64,000 nucleotides of DNA, from contig CM000430.1 of the NCBI GenBank assembly GCA_000165345.1, positions 384,001-448,000 on the forward strand, in the 5' to 3' direction. This document shows positions 50,801 to 60,516 of the stretch, in pieces; position 1 is the first letter of the stretch, and the number at the start of each line of letters is the position of its first letter. The notes under the pieces are model-generated. The model was not told the origin of the DNA. It ran no database searches and saw nothing but the letters and a program-made list of their open reading frames with translations. The position numbers and the translations under genes were made by a program.

Positions 50801-53345
50801 AAATGAAGACTTTAACATTCCTTTTGATGGTTTGTTTGATTATAGTATGGATACTCTAGAAATTTACTTCCCGATTATTATTCCAAATCAAAATTCTGTT
50901 TCATTGATAAAGTTAAAATTTGAACTTCTACGTACTGGGAAAATTGAAATTGAATATTCTTTTGATTTTGTGAAACATGAATGGATCAAACAAACTCTTG
51001 ATCAAAATGGGATTTATATTGATTCAAAAAATCAAGAAATTTCAGAAGATGTTGATGGAAATGAAAATGGAAGTGAAAACCAAGTCAAAGACTCGAATTC
51101 AAATTCAGGAATCTGGGTTTTTTCATTTGTTCTGATTGGGATACAGTGTTTTATTTTCCTAATATTCCTTATATTGGTCATTTACAATTTTTATAGAAAA
51201 AGATTATTAAGAAAAAGACTAATGAATCAAATAAATTATAAAATGGATATTTCAGAATCAGAAAGTGAAAGTGAAATACAAAAAAAAAAGAAAATTCGAA
51301 AACTTGGAATCAGAAAAATTGCAAGAAAAATCGGTAGAAAAGAAATAGAAAACGAGCAAACAACAATCAAAAAACAAAAACTAGAAACATTTGGAAATGT
51401 ACACTTAAATGAAAAAAAAAATGTTTTAGAATTTAGGAAAAAAAAGTTAGCACACAAGAAACAGAACAAAGAAATTAAAGAGGAAATCACTGATTCCAAG
51501 CAAATAGTTGAGGAAGAATTATACGATGAAGATATATTAAGTTTGTACAAGCTAAGTAATTTTAACATTTTAATTATTGTAATAATGTTAATTGCATTTT
51601 TCGTATTATTTTTTTCTTCAATCGCATATTATATTTTAATAATATCCACAAAAATTTCGATTAACATTAATTCAATTGATATTGAGGGTGGTTTTAATTC
51701 GATTGCTTCATCACATGGAGATCCATTGCCCTGGGAGATAGAAATATCAAACTTGAATGATATCAATTCGAAACTAAATATGATCGGTTCTAGTTCAGGT
51801 TTTTATAACGACAACGTGTTTTCCTTCAGTAATTTATTTGAAACAATAAATAACATACAAGAAATAAGCGGATACTTTGAGATGTTTGAAATAATCGGAG
51901 TTTTTCTTATTATCACATATTTATCCATTATTTTTATATACTCCAGCTTACTTGTTGATCGTCATCGTCGTGCAAAAATATTAAAGATGAGGCGTTACAT
52001 GGAAAAAACTGGGAAGAAACTAACTGGAAATTCATTCGAATCCCTCTCAGTGTTTACATTCATGGATACAACATCCCAAAGAGGTTTTAGCTGGAATGAT
52101 GCAAATTACGCACTTTTTCCTATTTTTTGTGTTGTTGCTTCAATTATTCTGATTTTTTCTTTGACAGGATATTCGATATTAGGCTATCAGGAGGCAACAT
52201 ATTTTTCATATTACTATTCAGTAATAAGCTCCCTATTAATGATTTTTAATTATAACAGTGTAAAGCAAGTAATGATGACGTCAATTACTCCAGATATATC
52301 AATTAGATTTAAATCAAATATTATTACATTTATTTGGAAGCCATTATATTATTTATTAACGTTTTTTACCTTTAATTTTATTTTAAAGGCATTAATTCCT
52401 GCTTCCATAATTTTTTATATGCGTTCAGTTGCATCTAAGAACTTGCAAATTTCACAGGATACTCTACTTTCAAAGTTAAATAATGTTGCAGTTACAAGAC
52501 CATCAATTCCAGTATTCACAAATGATTGCATCTCATTAAGAATGAAATTTTTTATCAAGGCACTTTATAAAAAATTAGGAAAATTTAAAAAATTTGATAT
52601 GAATTTAATGAAAGGTAACACAATTGAAGAGCAAAATGAAACAGAAGTAAATTTAACGGAAGGGAATCCTGACTGGATCTTTGCAAAATTAATACCGGAG
52701 CTTTTTAATGAAATAATTCATTATAAACTAAATATTGCAGAGCTTGTCAACAAAGACCAGCAGGGAATACAGGAAATAAGAGATTATTTAGGTAATATAT
52801 CACTCCAATTATTGTTAATTCAAGAACATTTAGTGAAGATTGAGTTTTTGAGATGTAAACTTTCAATGATAAGACAAGAATTGATGAAAATTGAAGATGT
52901 TAAAAAAGATATATCAAGAGGAAATAGAGAGTCTCAACACTATATTGATCGACTTTTACAGCGATTAATGAGTATTAATGATGAAATCGAACATTTGGAT
53001 GAAAGTAACAGAGTTTTAGGGCAAGAAAAAGAAACTGTTAAACAAAAAACATCAAGCGTCGCTGCAAACTATACTCTTCAAAAAGAAAAAGAAAAATTCT
53101 CAACTAATTTCTTGTTTGAATACGGTAATTCATATGCCAAAACATTATTTGAAAATTCCAAAATTAACGATATTGTCAGTAGCGATGAATATTCCAACGA
53201 AGATTCAGATGAACGCAAAGATCTTGATGAAACAAATAGAAATAGGGTCTCTGCAAATAATAACACAAAAAAAAGTATAATTAATTACATCGATAAAAGC
53301 GACAAAGACGATAGCAAAGTCAAGAATATTTGGAAAAGAGACTAA
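47889..53345 (+). CDS. Very large multi-pass membrane protein (1818 aa) with C-terminal coiled-coil; possibly polycystin/TRP-like
   Basis: Continuous 5.4-kb ORF. TM1 LFVGIGYIFYLIIFMIVITKVI is followed by a 200-aa Cys- and N-glycosylation-site-rich loop, then a cluster of about 6 TM helices. A second TM cluster lies between about aa 1060 and 1420. The C-terminal coiled-coil (LQLLLIQEHLVKIEFLRCKLSMIRQELMKIEDVKKD...) and a Lys-rich linker (RKRLMNQ...KKKKIRKLGIRKIARKIGRKE) follow. No channel signature could be confirmed by eye. Confidence 0.6.
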   Translation: MYFQRQEVIGSPPILASIRSIFSNESKKDKLGPTYQLFVGIGYIFYLIIFMIVITKVIQPNEEYSSIYSIQNVLKSANWNPDLSTPKNSMLYNIQTNGDIQNWIYYVLGPPLLNGHIADQNQIIGASLTKCVGEYISNAVENQYIPSDYGVVKVLSQSNCKKTKLNLVSRIASPYKYMEAFFDSSKDYVIQEIESNPELPVLPKLFNKTDIISYTAELLFYNGNIDTYSVVSFSFNLSIFGTFIVDVLSQSASPIKKYIGFPCDGSCNINITQITKSALFFTYCVVFILHLISGIILLISSASGSPSYSSKESERNGLGIESWSNYFKERSLSIAIRISHFSVILLWISSAVLVQLLPNQSLKNILEQSNQAAEKINLNQSSEMPLLNSIIYTIKIASIIKFTGTVIACIASLLMLFRIFQIFSSLFSQVNVPLKTIMLFFRKIIGIFFLINLIILTLALGIIIYLHIDKYSPNIKGIKESISTSIFSIMLAPISISLQEETTEETIYKVPTVIFLSIVLGILTLYLLLIPLSTATIMFIYNEVEILQSLKQNTDNIYTIKTTLSAWIQQIFFLSTFWQSKKVWSFSSQSNDKAIKINHDIQNEIEAQHQQESNSFAKEIILNQGVNKTNKMDEKGINQVIQQKKKQFKKFFELPPKLEYIPYHLFFLIVLFSIVSILWIINIANYQLHTETGEVIWKILDSPFRARSFYTFDPTLDFFPYMFKDCSKKDENLNFLYDKNQLSKIPGELLYGLYQSYRLTNITSLSHLNSWIQKIFIPLIKTKNTQISEKKNFLIDLGHPTLYSTVNPMLLFKQHFSPVKCNSNPISSGLYLSTISRSKSSLSIKDISNFNPLSVNNVPTSLSVPKTQIQKIRNIFARILKLVNFNQGIFSRELTTSAEKSSHMESTLSSSGVDRIFFLYAGKESEISEQFNKSLHGNDEGNLFWVIRSYSLSTGSDVNVDLITSLDSFASNEDFNIPFDGLFDYSMDTLEIYFPIIIPNQNSVSLIKLKFELLRTGKIEIEYSFDFVKHEWIKQTLDQNGIYIDSKNQEISEDVDGNENGSENQVKDSNSNSGIWVFSFVLIGIQCFIFLIFLILVIYNFYRKRLLRKRLMNQINYKMDISESESESEIQKKKKIRKLGIRKIARKIGRKEIENEQTTIKKQKLETFGNVHLNEKKNVLEFRKKKLAHKKQNKEIKEEITDSKQIVEEELYDEDILSLYKLSNFNILIIVIMLIAFFVLFFSSIAYYILIISTKISININSIDIEGGFNSIASSHGDPLPWEIEISNLNDINSKLNMIGSSSGFYNDNVFSFSNLFETINNIQEISGYFEMFEIIGVFLIITYLSIIFIYSSLLVDRHRRAKILKMRRYMEKTGKKLTGNSFESLSVFTFMDTTSQRGFSWNDANYALFPIFCVVASIILIFSLTGYSILGYQEATYFSYYYSVISSLLMIFNYNSVKQVMMTSITPDISIRFKSNIITFIWKPLYYLLTFFTFNFILKALIPASIIFYMRSVASKNLQISQDTLLSKLNNVAVTRPSIPVFTNDCISLRMKFFIKALYKKLGKFKKFDMNLMKGNTIEEQNETEVNLTEGNPDWIFAKLIPELFNEIIHYKLNIAELVNKDQQGIQEIRDYLGNISLQLLLIQEHLVKIEFLRCKLSMIRQELMKIEDVKKDISRGNRESQHYIDRLLQRLMSINDEIEHLDESNRVLGQEKETVKQKTSSVAANYTLQKEKEKFSTNFLFEYGNSYAKTLFENSKINDIVSSDEYSNEDSDERKDLDETNRNRVSANNNTKKSIINYIDKSDKDDSKVKNIWKRD

Positions 53346-53379
53346 TAAATACTGGAAATTTGAAAGATATTTAATAAAA

Positions 53380-53787
53380 TTAAGAATATTCATATTTCGT
53401 TAATTTTTCTAGGGATTTGTCGATTATTTCAAAAATAAGTTTTTCTTTCTTTATTAAATTAAATTTTTTTCCGCATTTGACGAGTATTTGGTTTTCTGCG
53501 AGATGAGGAAAAAGAAATATTTGAGACGGATAATTCATAAAATAAAATAATGTATTCTGTGAATATCTTGAACATCGGGAATTGTTCCAGTTCTGAAGTG
53601 GAGTTAAACCAATTAAAATATCATCTCGAATCATTTTAGAAATTTTAATAAACCTGGATTTTTCAACGTCGCAAAGCATGTTCCATTTGCTCTCACACTC
53701 ATTCAAGGAGCGTAAATTTGAACTGTAGCCGAAAATGAGTTTTCCTGAGATATGAGGAACGCATGTGGCATTCCTAAGAGTTTCCAT
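53380..53787 (-). CDS. Hypothetical protein (135 aa)
   Basis: Intact ORF with ATG at 53787 and mixed composition (METLRNATCVPHISGKLIFGYSSNLRSLNECESKWNMLCDVEK...). Not recognised. It may be part of a multi-exon gene. Confidence 0.35.
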   Translation of the reverse strand: METLRNATCVPHISGKLIFGYSSNLRSLNECESKWNMLCDVEKSRFIKISKMIRDDILIGLTPLQNWNNSRCSRYSQNTLFYFMNYPSQIFLFPHLAENQILVKCGKKFNLIKKEKLIFEIIDKSLEKLTKYEYS

Positions 53788-53847
53788 TTTTTATTAATCG
53801 GATTTGTTAGCGCTCGATTAAAATAAAATTTTTATTTTTTGGCACCA

Positions 53848-56766
53848 TCAAATCCACTTTTTTAGCTGATTTCTCTTTGAGAAATAAATGGAAATAGCTG
53901 TGATAGTTAGTATTAAAAATACCGTATTGATTATATTATAATAATTGAAATCATAAGGTAAAAGATCGAATGATGTATTTGGATATATTTCAAATACCTC
54001 TAGGGAATTAAATCCAACTGAAAGTAATTTACTTTTTGATTCATATGTTTCATGTGGGAATGAAAATATTTTTTTGCTGTTGAATTTCGTTGAAAATTTA
54101 ATTCTTTCTGATAGAATGGATTGGTAGAAAGGTAGATTACTGTTATGGATCAAGTTTTTCTTTTTACTTTTGTTAGGTCTTAATGTAGAGAATAATCTCT
54201 CTGGGATGCATTCAAATACGTTGCTTTTCTCACTCCCAAAGAGTATTATTTTGGAAGCTAATGATTCTGATGTTTTACTTAATAATGAGTAATCAATTGG
54301 TAGTTCATAGTTGTACAAGAATGTGGTTTCTTGGACATGAACATGCTTTTCAGAGTATATTTTTGACTCTTTTACATTTTTTTTGCTGGAAACCAGGAAT
54401 ATAAATTTGTCTAGCATATTAATACCCGTAGAAGTTTCATCTTTAATGAATTGAAATAATTCAAGAATTAAAATAACCGGTACTTTGTAATTTGAATGAA
54501 ATGACGTAATCAAAATGATATTTTGAAAAATTTCAAGTGTAAATGGAGGTTCAAACATTTTAGGCAAAAAAGATGAATATATTAAATTTCCATTAATTTG
54601 ATTAAACAAGAGAACTTTCTTTTTACTCGTAATAACGCCTAGCAAATACGGATAGTCAAATCTATTAATAATATTATATTTTTCATCAACAATTACTGGA
54701 AAACTTTTGCAATAGCTGCACTCAGGTGTAGAATAAACTGAAATTGCTTCGTCAAGATCAAATACATATTGCCAATGCACTTCTGAATCATACCCAGAGA
54801 TCATTTTATAACATTTAATTATGTTAGATTCATTTGTAAAATAAAAATAAGATTGATCTTTGATATTTACAGTTTTGTTGTCTAAGCCCAAAAATTTTGT
54901 TTTATTATGTTTGTCTAACAATATTAGCAGTGGGTTAATATTTTGCTTATTTGAGGTAAAGGGAGGGGTAGAAACTATCAATTTTGATGACTCAATATAA
55001 CTTTCAATTGAAATAGTTTTCCCAGAAAGAATTTCTATTCTTAAAATACTGGATTGATCAACAATAACCAATTCAGGCAATATCTTTCTCAAAACAAATA
55101 GCTTTTTTTTATATAGCTTAAGATGATCCTTTTGTCTTAAACTATCATTTCTCCAAATTATCTGGTGGTTATCAATATTATAGGCAAAAACTGAAAAATA
55201 CTTATTTATCGTAAACATAATAGTCCCGAATATCATCATATTTAAATTAGTTTTTGAATAGTTCGAGTAATTGTATAAATGTGCTCCGTTAATAAAACTT
55301 GAATTTTCGTAATTAATAGTATTACCTAAATTATAAGTGTGATTTCCTCGATTAAGATAAAACAAAATATTATTTTTATAATAGTCAGGGTCTGCACTAG
55401 TTGAAATTACGCCTTCATATATGCCATTTATTTTTGGACTAAAGCATTTTAAGGTTGTCCCATCACAATTTAACGAAATTGAGACTAAAAGTGAGTCATC
55501 CCACTGTAATAATAAGCCCATATTAGTAGAATATATTAAGTTTACGATTGGGCCATGCACCATTTTATTGTTTTTATTGAAATATTCAATCTTTAAATTG
55601 TATCTAAAAATTTTGTTGTCTCTAATGGAGGTAAAATAATTGAAGATAGTTGTAATACTTAAAATATTTGTAAGATCATTGTAACTTATTATTACTATAA
55701 ACCTAGAGTCATTTTCTTCGTCTTGAATAATCATTGCATTAGAACTTTGAACATTATCATTAATTGAGGAAAATGATTCAAGTATATAACTTGGATTAGA
55801 TTCAAATATATGGAAAATTTGATATCCTTTATTATATTTTTTCTTTGTTAATGTGATACCCATTTCAGAATTTTTGACCTGTCTTAGAGTTAATTCCTCC
55901 AAAATTGAACTGCAAATATTATTAAATGAAGACATATTAACTTTTGAATAAAAGTAATTTTTATTATTCTCGTCAATATTATAAGTAAATAGTCCGATAC
56001 TTTCGTTAATTGTGAACAATAAATTCATTATTCGACTTTTACCATTTAATGTTATTATCCCAGAGTTATAAAGAATTTTTTTTTCAGGGTCTATTTTTAT
56101 TTCGCGTCTAGGGTACTCATTAAGATTCTTATCGAGTGGGATAAAATCATAAATTTCGATTTCATTTTTCAATTCATTATAAACAATAGTTAATTGTTTG
56201 TTCATTTCATCAGTGTGGAAAAATAGGAAGATTTTGTGGGTACTTAATGAAAATCGTTCAAGTATACGACCATTTGACTCGTCAATAACGAAGTAGTGAT
56301 TGCCTATTGTTAGGAGAAGTTTACCAGGCAAATAGAATAATTTTCTTGTAAACTTTGAAATTGAGACATCCAATTCCAAGTCCCAATTTAGATTAATTTT
56401 TCCAAGGTTGTTAACCTTTATTTTTCTTAATACTGCTCTGCTATTAAATTGTTTTACAAGAATAATAAATGATTCGTTCCCAATTTTGATAAAATCGATA
56501 AGCTGATCTTGAGGAGAGTATTCTTGAATATTTCCTAGAATATCGGAGTTTTTCGTAGATATCACTCTTCCATTTTCAAAAAAAAACAGATTATTTTCCG
56601 AATGGTCAATAACTGAATAAATTGAGTCAATTCCAACTTTACTAATTCTCTTTGTCGAATTTATCCTTTCAAAAAAATTGCAAAATAAAGTAGCTATTAA
56701 AAGAAAGGTAATTCGAAGACAAAACATTTGGTTACGAGTTAAAACTAAAATTTGTGATAAAAACAA
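53848..56766 (-). CDS. EMC1: ER membrane protein complex subunit 1 (EMC1)-like type I membrane protein
   Basis: 972 aa. The N-terminus is hydrophobic (signal peptide). The large lumenal domain is beta-rich. The C-terminus FDLLPYDFNYYNIINTVFLILTITAISIYFSKRNQLKKWI (single TM plus basic tail) matches the EMC1 DUF1620 end ...FDVLKDDYDYV...TM...KRLAQVKLLNRAW. Confidence 0.55.
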   Translation of the reverse strand: MFLSQILVLTRNQMFCLRITFLLIATLFCNFFERINSTKRISKVGIDSIYSVIDHSENNLFFFENGRVISTKNSDILGNIQEYSPQDQLIDFIKIGNESFIILVKQFNSRAVLRKIKVNNLGKINLNWDLELDVSISKFTRKLFYLPGKLLLTIGNHYFVIDESNGRILERFSLSTHKIFLFFHTDEMNKQLTIVYNELKNEIEIYDFIPLDKNLNEYPRREIKIDPEKKILYNSGIITLNGKSRIMNLLFTINESIGLFTYNIDENNKNYFYSKVNMSSFNNICSSILEELTLRQVKNSEMGITLTKKKYNKGYQIFHIFESNPSYILESFSSINDNVQSSNAMIIQDEENDSRFIVIISYNDLTNILSITTIFNYFTSIRDNKIFRYNLKIEYFNKNNKMVHGPIVNLIYSTNMGLLLQWDDSLLVSISLNCDGTTLKCFSPKINGIYEGVISTSADPDYYKNNILFYLNRGNHTYNLGNTINYENSSFINGAHLYNYSNYSKTNLNMMIFGTIMFTINKYFSVFAYNIDNHQIIWRNDSLRQKDHLKLYKKKLFVLRKILPELVIVDQSSILRIEILSGKTISIESYIESSKLIVSTPPFTSNKQNINPLLILLDKHNKTKFLGLDNKTVNIKDQSYFYFTNESNIIKCYKMISGYDSEVHWQYVFDLDEAISVYSTPECSYCKSFPVIVDEKYNIINRFDYPYLLGVITSKKKVLLFNQINGNLIYSSFLPKMFEPPFTLEIFQNIILITSFHSNYKVPVILILELFQFIKDETSTGINMLDKFIFLVSSKKNVKESKIYSEKHVHVQETTFLYNYELPIDYSLLSKTSESLASKIILFGSEKSNVFECIPERLFSTLRPNKSKKKNLIHNSNLPFYQSILSERIKFSTKFNSKKIFSFPHETYESKSKLLSVGFNSLEVFEIYPNTSFDLLPYDFNYYNIINTVFLILTITAISIYFSKRNQLKKWI

Positions 56767-56870
56767 AATATTATTTCCAAAATATGAATATTCTAAAATT
56801 TAGATACATCTATCGTGATAAATTAATTTATACAGTTTTTGGTAACCTTTTGGGGGGCAGCGGGATTAAA

Positions 56871-58559
56871 CTAGTCAAACTGGCAAACCACATCATCCCA
56901 CTTATTCAATTGTTTGCTACAGATAGCTTTTTGTTTTAAAGGTTTTTCATCTATGAAGTTCATATTTTCATTATTATACTCAAATTCCTTACATTTATTA
57001 ATTCTCTCAATATCTTGTGCCTTAAACTTGATCATATTTTCATCGGTAGATTCTTGAATTGCAAATTCAGAGGAACTTTGTGGAGGAGGAATAAAATATG
57101 GTATTTTCCCAACAATCCAATCATTAAGTATAATCTTTGCAGTTGTAATTAAGTCTATTTCTCCTCCACGTAAAACCTTCCCTAATCTTTTACCTACAAG
57201 AGTTAAAAATTCATCGGAATTTTTCCAATTATCTGTACTTTTTAGATTATATTTTTCTTTTATATGCCTTTCTTTAACAATATTTAATAATTGTTTTATA
57301 TAAATGCATGGGTCAGAAAGCTTTTCAGGTCTGACCGCTCCTCTCAGTACCACATTATAACTTGATGCATTTTCTGGTGGAACAATACCAGGGCAATCAA
57401 TTAGATATATTCTGTGAGTCAAGTGAATATACTGCCAGATCTTTGTTTCTCCTGCAATGGGAGCAACACTACAAACTTTACTCCCTCTTAAAGTATTGAT
57501 TATGCTAGATTTTCCTACGTTTGGATAGCCAATAAAGCCAACACTAACATGTTTTTTATCACTTAATAAGGATGCATATTGCCTCAAAACATGAAATAAA
57601 GTTCTTTTTCCAAATGAATTTGTAATACTTGAATGAAATGCAATAGTTGGTCTAATAGATCCATAAAAAGAAATCCACTTAGTAGCCACCCATTTAGGAA
57701 TTAAATCAACCTTATTTAATACAAACAAAATATGCTTGTTTTGATATTCTTTAGATATATATTCCTCTAAATATTTACACCTTGTACCTTCAGGATCCCT
57801 TGAATCCAAAACATGAATAATTATATCAGAACTATCAATAACCTTGTATAGTTCTTGCCAGATTCTCCTTGAAGTTCCTTTTCTTAACACTGAATCGTCA
57901 TTTAATAGGTCGAAACCTTCAAATTCACCTTTTCTTTCTGTTTTTTCAAGGTAAAAATCATTAGTTTCAAAACTATTGGGCTGCTCTTGGCTATAATTGT
58001 TATGAGTTTGTTCTATATTACTAGCTAATTCACTCAAGTTATCAAATTGAAAGATAATTTTAGGTTTTTTTCTTCTTTCATGCCCTTGGCCAAAAGTACG
58101 ATTATAAGGCTCTACATTTAATAAGTTAATTTTCTCACGAGTAAATTTCTCTGGACGAGAATTATTGTTCAAAAGAGAAGTTGGAAGTTTAGATCTTTTT
58201 AAAACGACAGAAAATGGATCTGATGATGCATTGGAGATTTCCTCGCGAAATGTTTCTAATTTATTTTGAGTGATTACTCTTGTATTTCCAAACCATTTTC
58301 TATCTGGCTCGATTCTGACCATAGTTCCTGAAGGCCGATCATTATTTGATAATTTTCCCCTTTCATTGTACATATTTAGCCTATTTATTGTATTTTTAGT
58401 TCTGTAAAAACCATTTTTCTTGTTTTCTCCTAACTTTCTATCTGGATTGGTGGACGCTGAGCTTTTTGAAATTGAAACTGTATTTTTTGATTTTTTAAGA
58501 GAGCGTATGGATTTTACACGCTCAATACCTGAACTTAGCCTTTTAGTTTTTTTTGTCAT
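56871..58559 (-). CDS. NOG2: Nucleolar GTPase Nog2 / GNL2 (circularly permuted GTPase)
   Basis: NRLNMYNERGKL and VRIEPDRKWFGNTRVITQNKLETFRE are present. The permuted order is G4-G1-G3: SRRIWQELYKVIDSSDIIIHVLDSRDPEGTRC...FVLNKVDLIP...TIAFHSS...VGFIGYPNVGKSSIINTL...IDCPGIV. The match to Nog2 is close. Confidence 0.85.
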   Translation of the reverse strand: MTKKTKRLSSGIERVKSIRSLKKSKNTVSISKSSASTNPDRKLGENKKNGFYRTKNTINRLNMYNERGKLSNNDRPSGTMVRIEPDRKWFGNTRVITQNKLETFREEISNASSDPFSVVLKRSKLPTSLLNNNSRPEKFTREKINLLNVEPYNRTFGQGHERRKKPKIIFQFDNLSELASNIEQTHNNYSQEQPNSFETNDFYLEKTERKGEFEGFDLLNDDSVLRKGTSRRIWQELYKVIDSSDIIIHVLDSRDPEGTRCKYLEEYISKEYQNKHILFVLNKVDLIPKWVATKWISFYGSIRPTIAFHSSITNSFGKRTLFHVLRQYASLLSDKKHVSVGFIGYPNVGKSSIINTLRGSKVCSVAPIAGETKIWQYIHLTHRIYLIDCPGIVPPENASSYNVVLRGAVRPEKLSDPCIYIKQLLNIVKERHIKEKYNLKSTDNWKNSDEFLTLVGKRLGKVLRGGEIDLITTAKIILNDWIVGKIPYFIPPPQSSSEFAIQESTDENMIKFKAQDIERINKCKEFEYNNENMNFIDEKPLKQKAICSKQLNKWDDVVCQFD

Positions 58560-58769
58560 TTTATAGTTAACTTAATATTTCTACTATTGAATCGCTGAAT
58601 CTTTTTGTCAAACATGACCGCTGTCGATTAATTATTAAAATATTTGGAAAAGGCGCCTATACATTCAAAAGTGAATTACAATATGAACATTCATGACATT
58701 ATAAAAGGGAGTAATACATATTCTTTCAAAAATAATCTAACTAATTGAGACAAATTTACTGAAATAGTG

Positions 58770-59120
58770 TTATTCATTTGAATCTTCAATAATTACCATT
58801 CCTTCGATCACATCAGTATCAATAATATGTATGATTGTATCCCAATCTAGATCATTATTTCCATTTTTCGAATTACTAGTTGAGTTAATAAATCCTTTTT
58901 TCATGTTTGAATTTTGAGTTTTGTGTTTTACTATTAAACTAAAGCTCTCGTTATCGCTGCATTCATCCAATTCTGATGAGCTAGTTTTCCTGATACTTGA
59001 ATTCTTTTTTACTGAATTTTTTAGTCCTATTGAAATATTTGATTTGATCTTGCTTTTGTTATTTTCAACTTCGGTGTTGATTTCTTTAGAATAATTCGTT
59101 TTTGATTGCTCATTACCCAT
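58770..59120 (-). CDS. Small acidic protein with an N-myristoylation consensus (MGNEQSK...), about 116 aa
   Basis: The ORF-track N-terminus (MYVDIYIYNCVFFFFFFF...) is read through a poly-A tract and is unlikely to be coding. The internal ATG at 59120 gives MGNEQSKTNYSKEIN... (Gly2 / Ser6). The protein is Ser/Asn/Lys-rich with an acidic C-terminal end. Confidence 0.4.
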   Translation of the reverse strand: MGNEQSKTNYSKEINTEVENNKSKIKSNISIGLKNSVKKNSSIRKTSSSELDECSDNESFSLIVKHKTQNSNMKKGFINSTSNSKNGNNDLDWDTIIHIIDTDVIEGMVIIEDSNE

Positions 59121-59180
59121 ATGCCTTGAATAAATTTCGAGAAGAGCTAATAAAATAACAAAGCGTTGCAGAGCGCATGC

Positions 59181-59201
59181 AAAAAAAAAAAAAAAAAAAA
59201 A
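59181..59201. repeat. Poly(A) tract (A21) in the 5' region of the small myristoylated-protein gene
   Basis: 21 consecutive A. GCGCATGC lies immediately 5' on the plus strand (59173-59180). Confidence 0.9.
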
Positions 59202-59307
59202 TACACAATTATAAATATATATATCTACGTACAAGAACGCACTTACATATTTTTATTAAAAATCAATAAATTAATATTTTAATAATTTATTTTTTAAAGT
59301 ATTAATA

Positions 59308-60516
59308 TCATCTGTGTAAATCATCCATTAGAATTTCTTTAAAACTAGGGTTGCTTGTGCCACCTTTTCTTCTTACTTCATTTTCAAAAATAGAGAAATC
59401 TTCTGAAACATTGGGAATCGACATATTTGATGAATCAATTCCCTCACAAATGAAACAACAACTTATTCTGTTTGATTTCATCCTTTTTAACAAAATTGAG
59501 CTATCGTCGCTTTGTATGTCTCGCTTTGATTGATCACAATCAAATCCAGCTTCAGGGTCAATGATAAGGTCTCCAAACTCAAAGTCAAGAAATTTGGATA
59601 TATCAAAGTTACTAGTTGTAAATGGTGGCCTTGTCATAGTAGGTAAAAACCATCTCCACGAAAACTTCGAGCCAAAAACCTGAATAAATAAGGAATATGC
59701 ACTTTTTTTTTTACTATATAAGTATTCTTGTTTTAAATGTTCAATTCCAGTTGTATTATTGATGATACAAACGACTTGATCAACAAACATTGCTATACAG
59801 AAAATTCCAAATATCAAGCCCTCAATAATCACACTAAAACCGAGTATAAACGATATTGGAGTGATGGTGCAGTCATAGTAGGGCGTTTCATTGGCTTTTT
59901 GGTTAAAATTTAATAATTCAGTTGTAGAGCTTAAAAGCTGAAAATCTAAATAAGAGTCATTAATATCGCTTGGATTTGGTAAAGGATATGAGATGCATTT
60001 ATAAAAACGAAGGCAAATAAGTATTAGCGAATAAGCACAAAAAAGGAACACATAAGCCAAAAATAGCAAAAAATGTTTTTGATTATTTATTCCAACACAA
60101 TTATTAATCCAGGGACAGTGGTGGTCCATTTTAAATATGCACCTTTTGCAAACCGAACAATGGTGCGTCCTTGGAGGTTTTAGATTATTACATTTCGCGC
60201 ATGAGCGAATAGAAACAGTTTGAGTCTGAAGTTCAATAGGTAATAAAATCTCGCCTTTATCACCATTGTTTGGCATCACTCCGGGATCAGTTGTGGTACA
60301 TGATAGATGACAAAATGAACAAATTATATATATAGAGTTACAAAGTATTAAATTAAATATAAATAAAATCCGTTCTCCTGAATCAAGAAATTTCTTTATG
60401 AAAAAGAAATTTAATATCAAAGCTGAATATAATAGTAGGAGTTCTGTAAGAATCATGCACAATATCCCGCAAATATCGTAAACAAACCAATTTGGTCTTG
60501 AGAAAATGTTCATCAT
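59308..60516 (-). CDS. DHHC-type protein S-acyltransferase (palmitoyltransferase)
   Basis: 402 aa with at least 4 TM helices. DHHC-CRD: [48 protein letters not shown]. Confidence 0.85.
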   Translation of the reverse strand: MMNIFSRPNWFVYDICGILCMILTELLLLYSALILNFFFIKKFLDSGERILFIFNLILCNSIYIICSFCHLSCTTTDPGVMPNNGDKGEILLPIELQTQTVSIRSCAKCNNLKPPRTHHCSVCKRCIFKMDHHCPWINNCVGINNQKHFLLFLAYVFLFCAYSLILICLRFYKCISYPLPNPSDINDSYLDFQLLSSTTELLNFNQKANETPYYDCTITPISFILGFSVIIEGLIFGIFCIAMFVDQVVCIINNTTGIEHLKQEYLYSKKKSAYSLFIQVFGSKFSWRWFLPTMTRPPFTTSNFDISKFLDFEFGDLIIDPEAGFDCDQSKRDIQSDDSSILLKRMKSNRISCCFICEGIDSSNMSIPNVSEDFSIFENEVRRKGGTSNPSFKEILMDDLHR

